Assembly: GCA_965652925.1 (NCBI GenBank)
Contig: CBFGXL010000002.1
Coordinates: 4,881-68,880 of the forward strand
Direction of reading: 5' to 3'
Length of the DNA: 64,000 bases
Source: an uncultured bacterium
GTDB lineage: Bacteria > Patescibacteriota > Minisyncoccia > Phycocordibacterales > UBA918
The notes under the pieces were generated by a model. The model saw only the letters and a list, made by a program, of their open reading frames with translations, did not search any database and had not been told where the DNA came from. Shown piece after piece: positions 63,815 to 64,000 of the stretch. The position numbers and the translations under genes are program-made. Position 1 is the first letter of the stretch. Each line of letters begins with the position of its first letter.

Positions 63815-64000
63815 TCACTGCCGGAAATAACTGTGGTACCAATGGACGAACTTCTGTACGCCCTCTGAAACCGACACCCTCGCTTCGAAGCCCAACAGTT
63901 CCCTTGCTTTAGCAGTGTCTGCATACGTTTCATACACATCGCCGTCCTGCATAGGCAGCATATTCTTCTTTGCTACCATGTTAAGTTCTTTTTCAAGAAT
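63815..64000 (-). CDS. Partial CDS (3' end only): C-terminus of an NAD-dependent NDP-sugar epimerase (WcaG/CapI-like).
   Basis: Reverse translation gives ...MLPMQDGDVYETYADTAKARELLGFEARVSVSEGVQKFVHWYHSYFRQ*, the conserved C-terminal epimerase signature (D..T.AD..KA...LG..P...L.EG....WY). Confidence 0.5.
   Translation of the reverse strand: MLEKELNMVAKKNMLPMQDGDVYETYADTAKARELLGFEARVSVSEGVQKFVHWYHSYFRQ

Overview
This 64-kb window is densely coded and is transcribed almost entirely on the minus strand; only two genes sit on the plus strand. Clear housekeeping genes are gatB, obg, secA, murB and a YvcK-family gene. They frame two accessory regions.

Region A (1..25586) is an uninterrupted same-strand array of eight genes. 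It starts with two paralogous membrane-tethered HTH (excisionase/HTH_17-type) proteins. Next come a 2956-aa giant protein with LVIVD beta-propeller repeats and tail-fibre-like G-I-G-T-T-x-P modules, then a 3833-aa giant protein with N-terminal H-type-lectin-like repeats, more than 40 BNR/Asp-box-like repeats and PD40-like repeats. After these come a trio resembling a WxL/DUF916 surface-protein cassette with the WxL tryptophans replaced, and finally a partial FN3-repeat protein. Most junctions are overlapping or nearly abutting. I read region A as a candidate host- or glycan-attachment apparatus, which is the most likely 'undescribed system' in the window.

Region B (about 38.0..60.4 kb) is a surface-glycan locus. 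It encodes six GT4 glycosyltransferases, an OatA-like acyltransferase-SGNH protein, a Wzx-like flippase, FkbM and class-I methyltransferases, a hexapeptide acetyltransferase, two polysaccharide deacetylases, sugar epimerase/dehydratases, a HAD hydrolase and a PHP/ATP-grasp pair. It also carries a fused ATP-sulfurylase/APS-kinase (PAPS synthase) next to a PAPS-type sulfotransferase, which implies a sulfated glycan. Inside this locus is a high-GC Nudix gene that has a strong Shine-Dalgarno site, a GTG start and its own terminator; the rest of the window's genes lack SD sites, so it looks foreign. Next to it is an epimerase fused to a glycosyltransferase N-domain with no catalytic half.

Other notable items are an unannotated 53-aa Lys/Ala-repeat histone-like gene hidden under a spurious ORF, a lamin-tail-domain/PKD membrane protein next to a VirD4/HerA-like ATPase, and a secreted C39-like peptidase. 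I also see near-identical tandem DNA repeats (123 bp and 144 bp) inside the giant genes, an (AT)6 tract at the giant-gene junction, and a 540-bp non-coding AT-rich region. I saw no CRISPR array, rRNA or convincing tRNA.

Genome-level inference: the absence of SD sites, the giant surface proteins and the GT-rich locus fit a small-genome Patescibacteria/CPR-like or similar bacterium using the standard genetic code. All of this is unverified without database searches.
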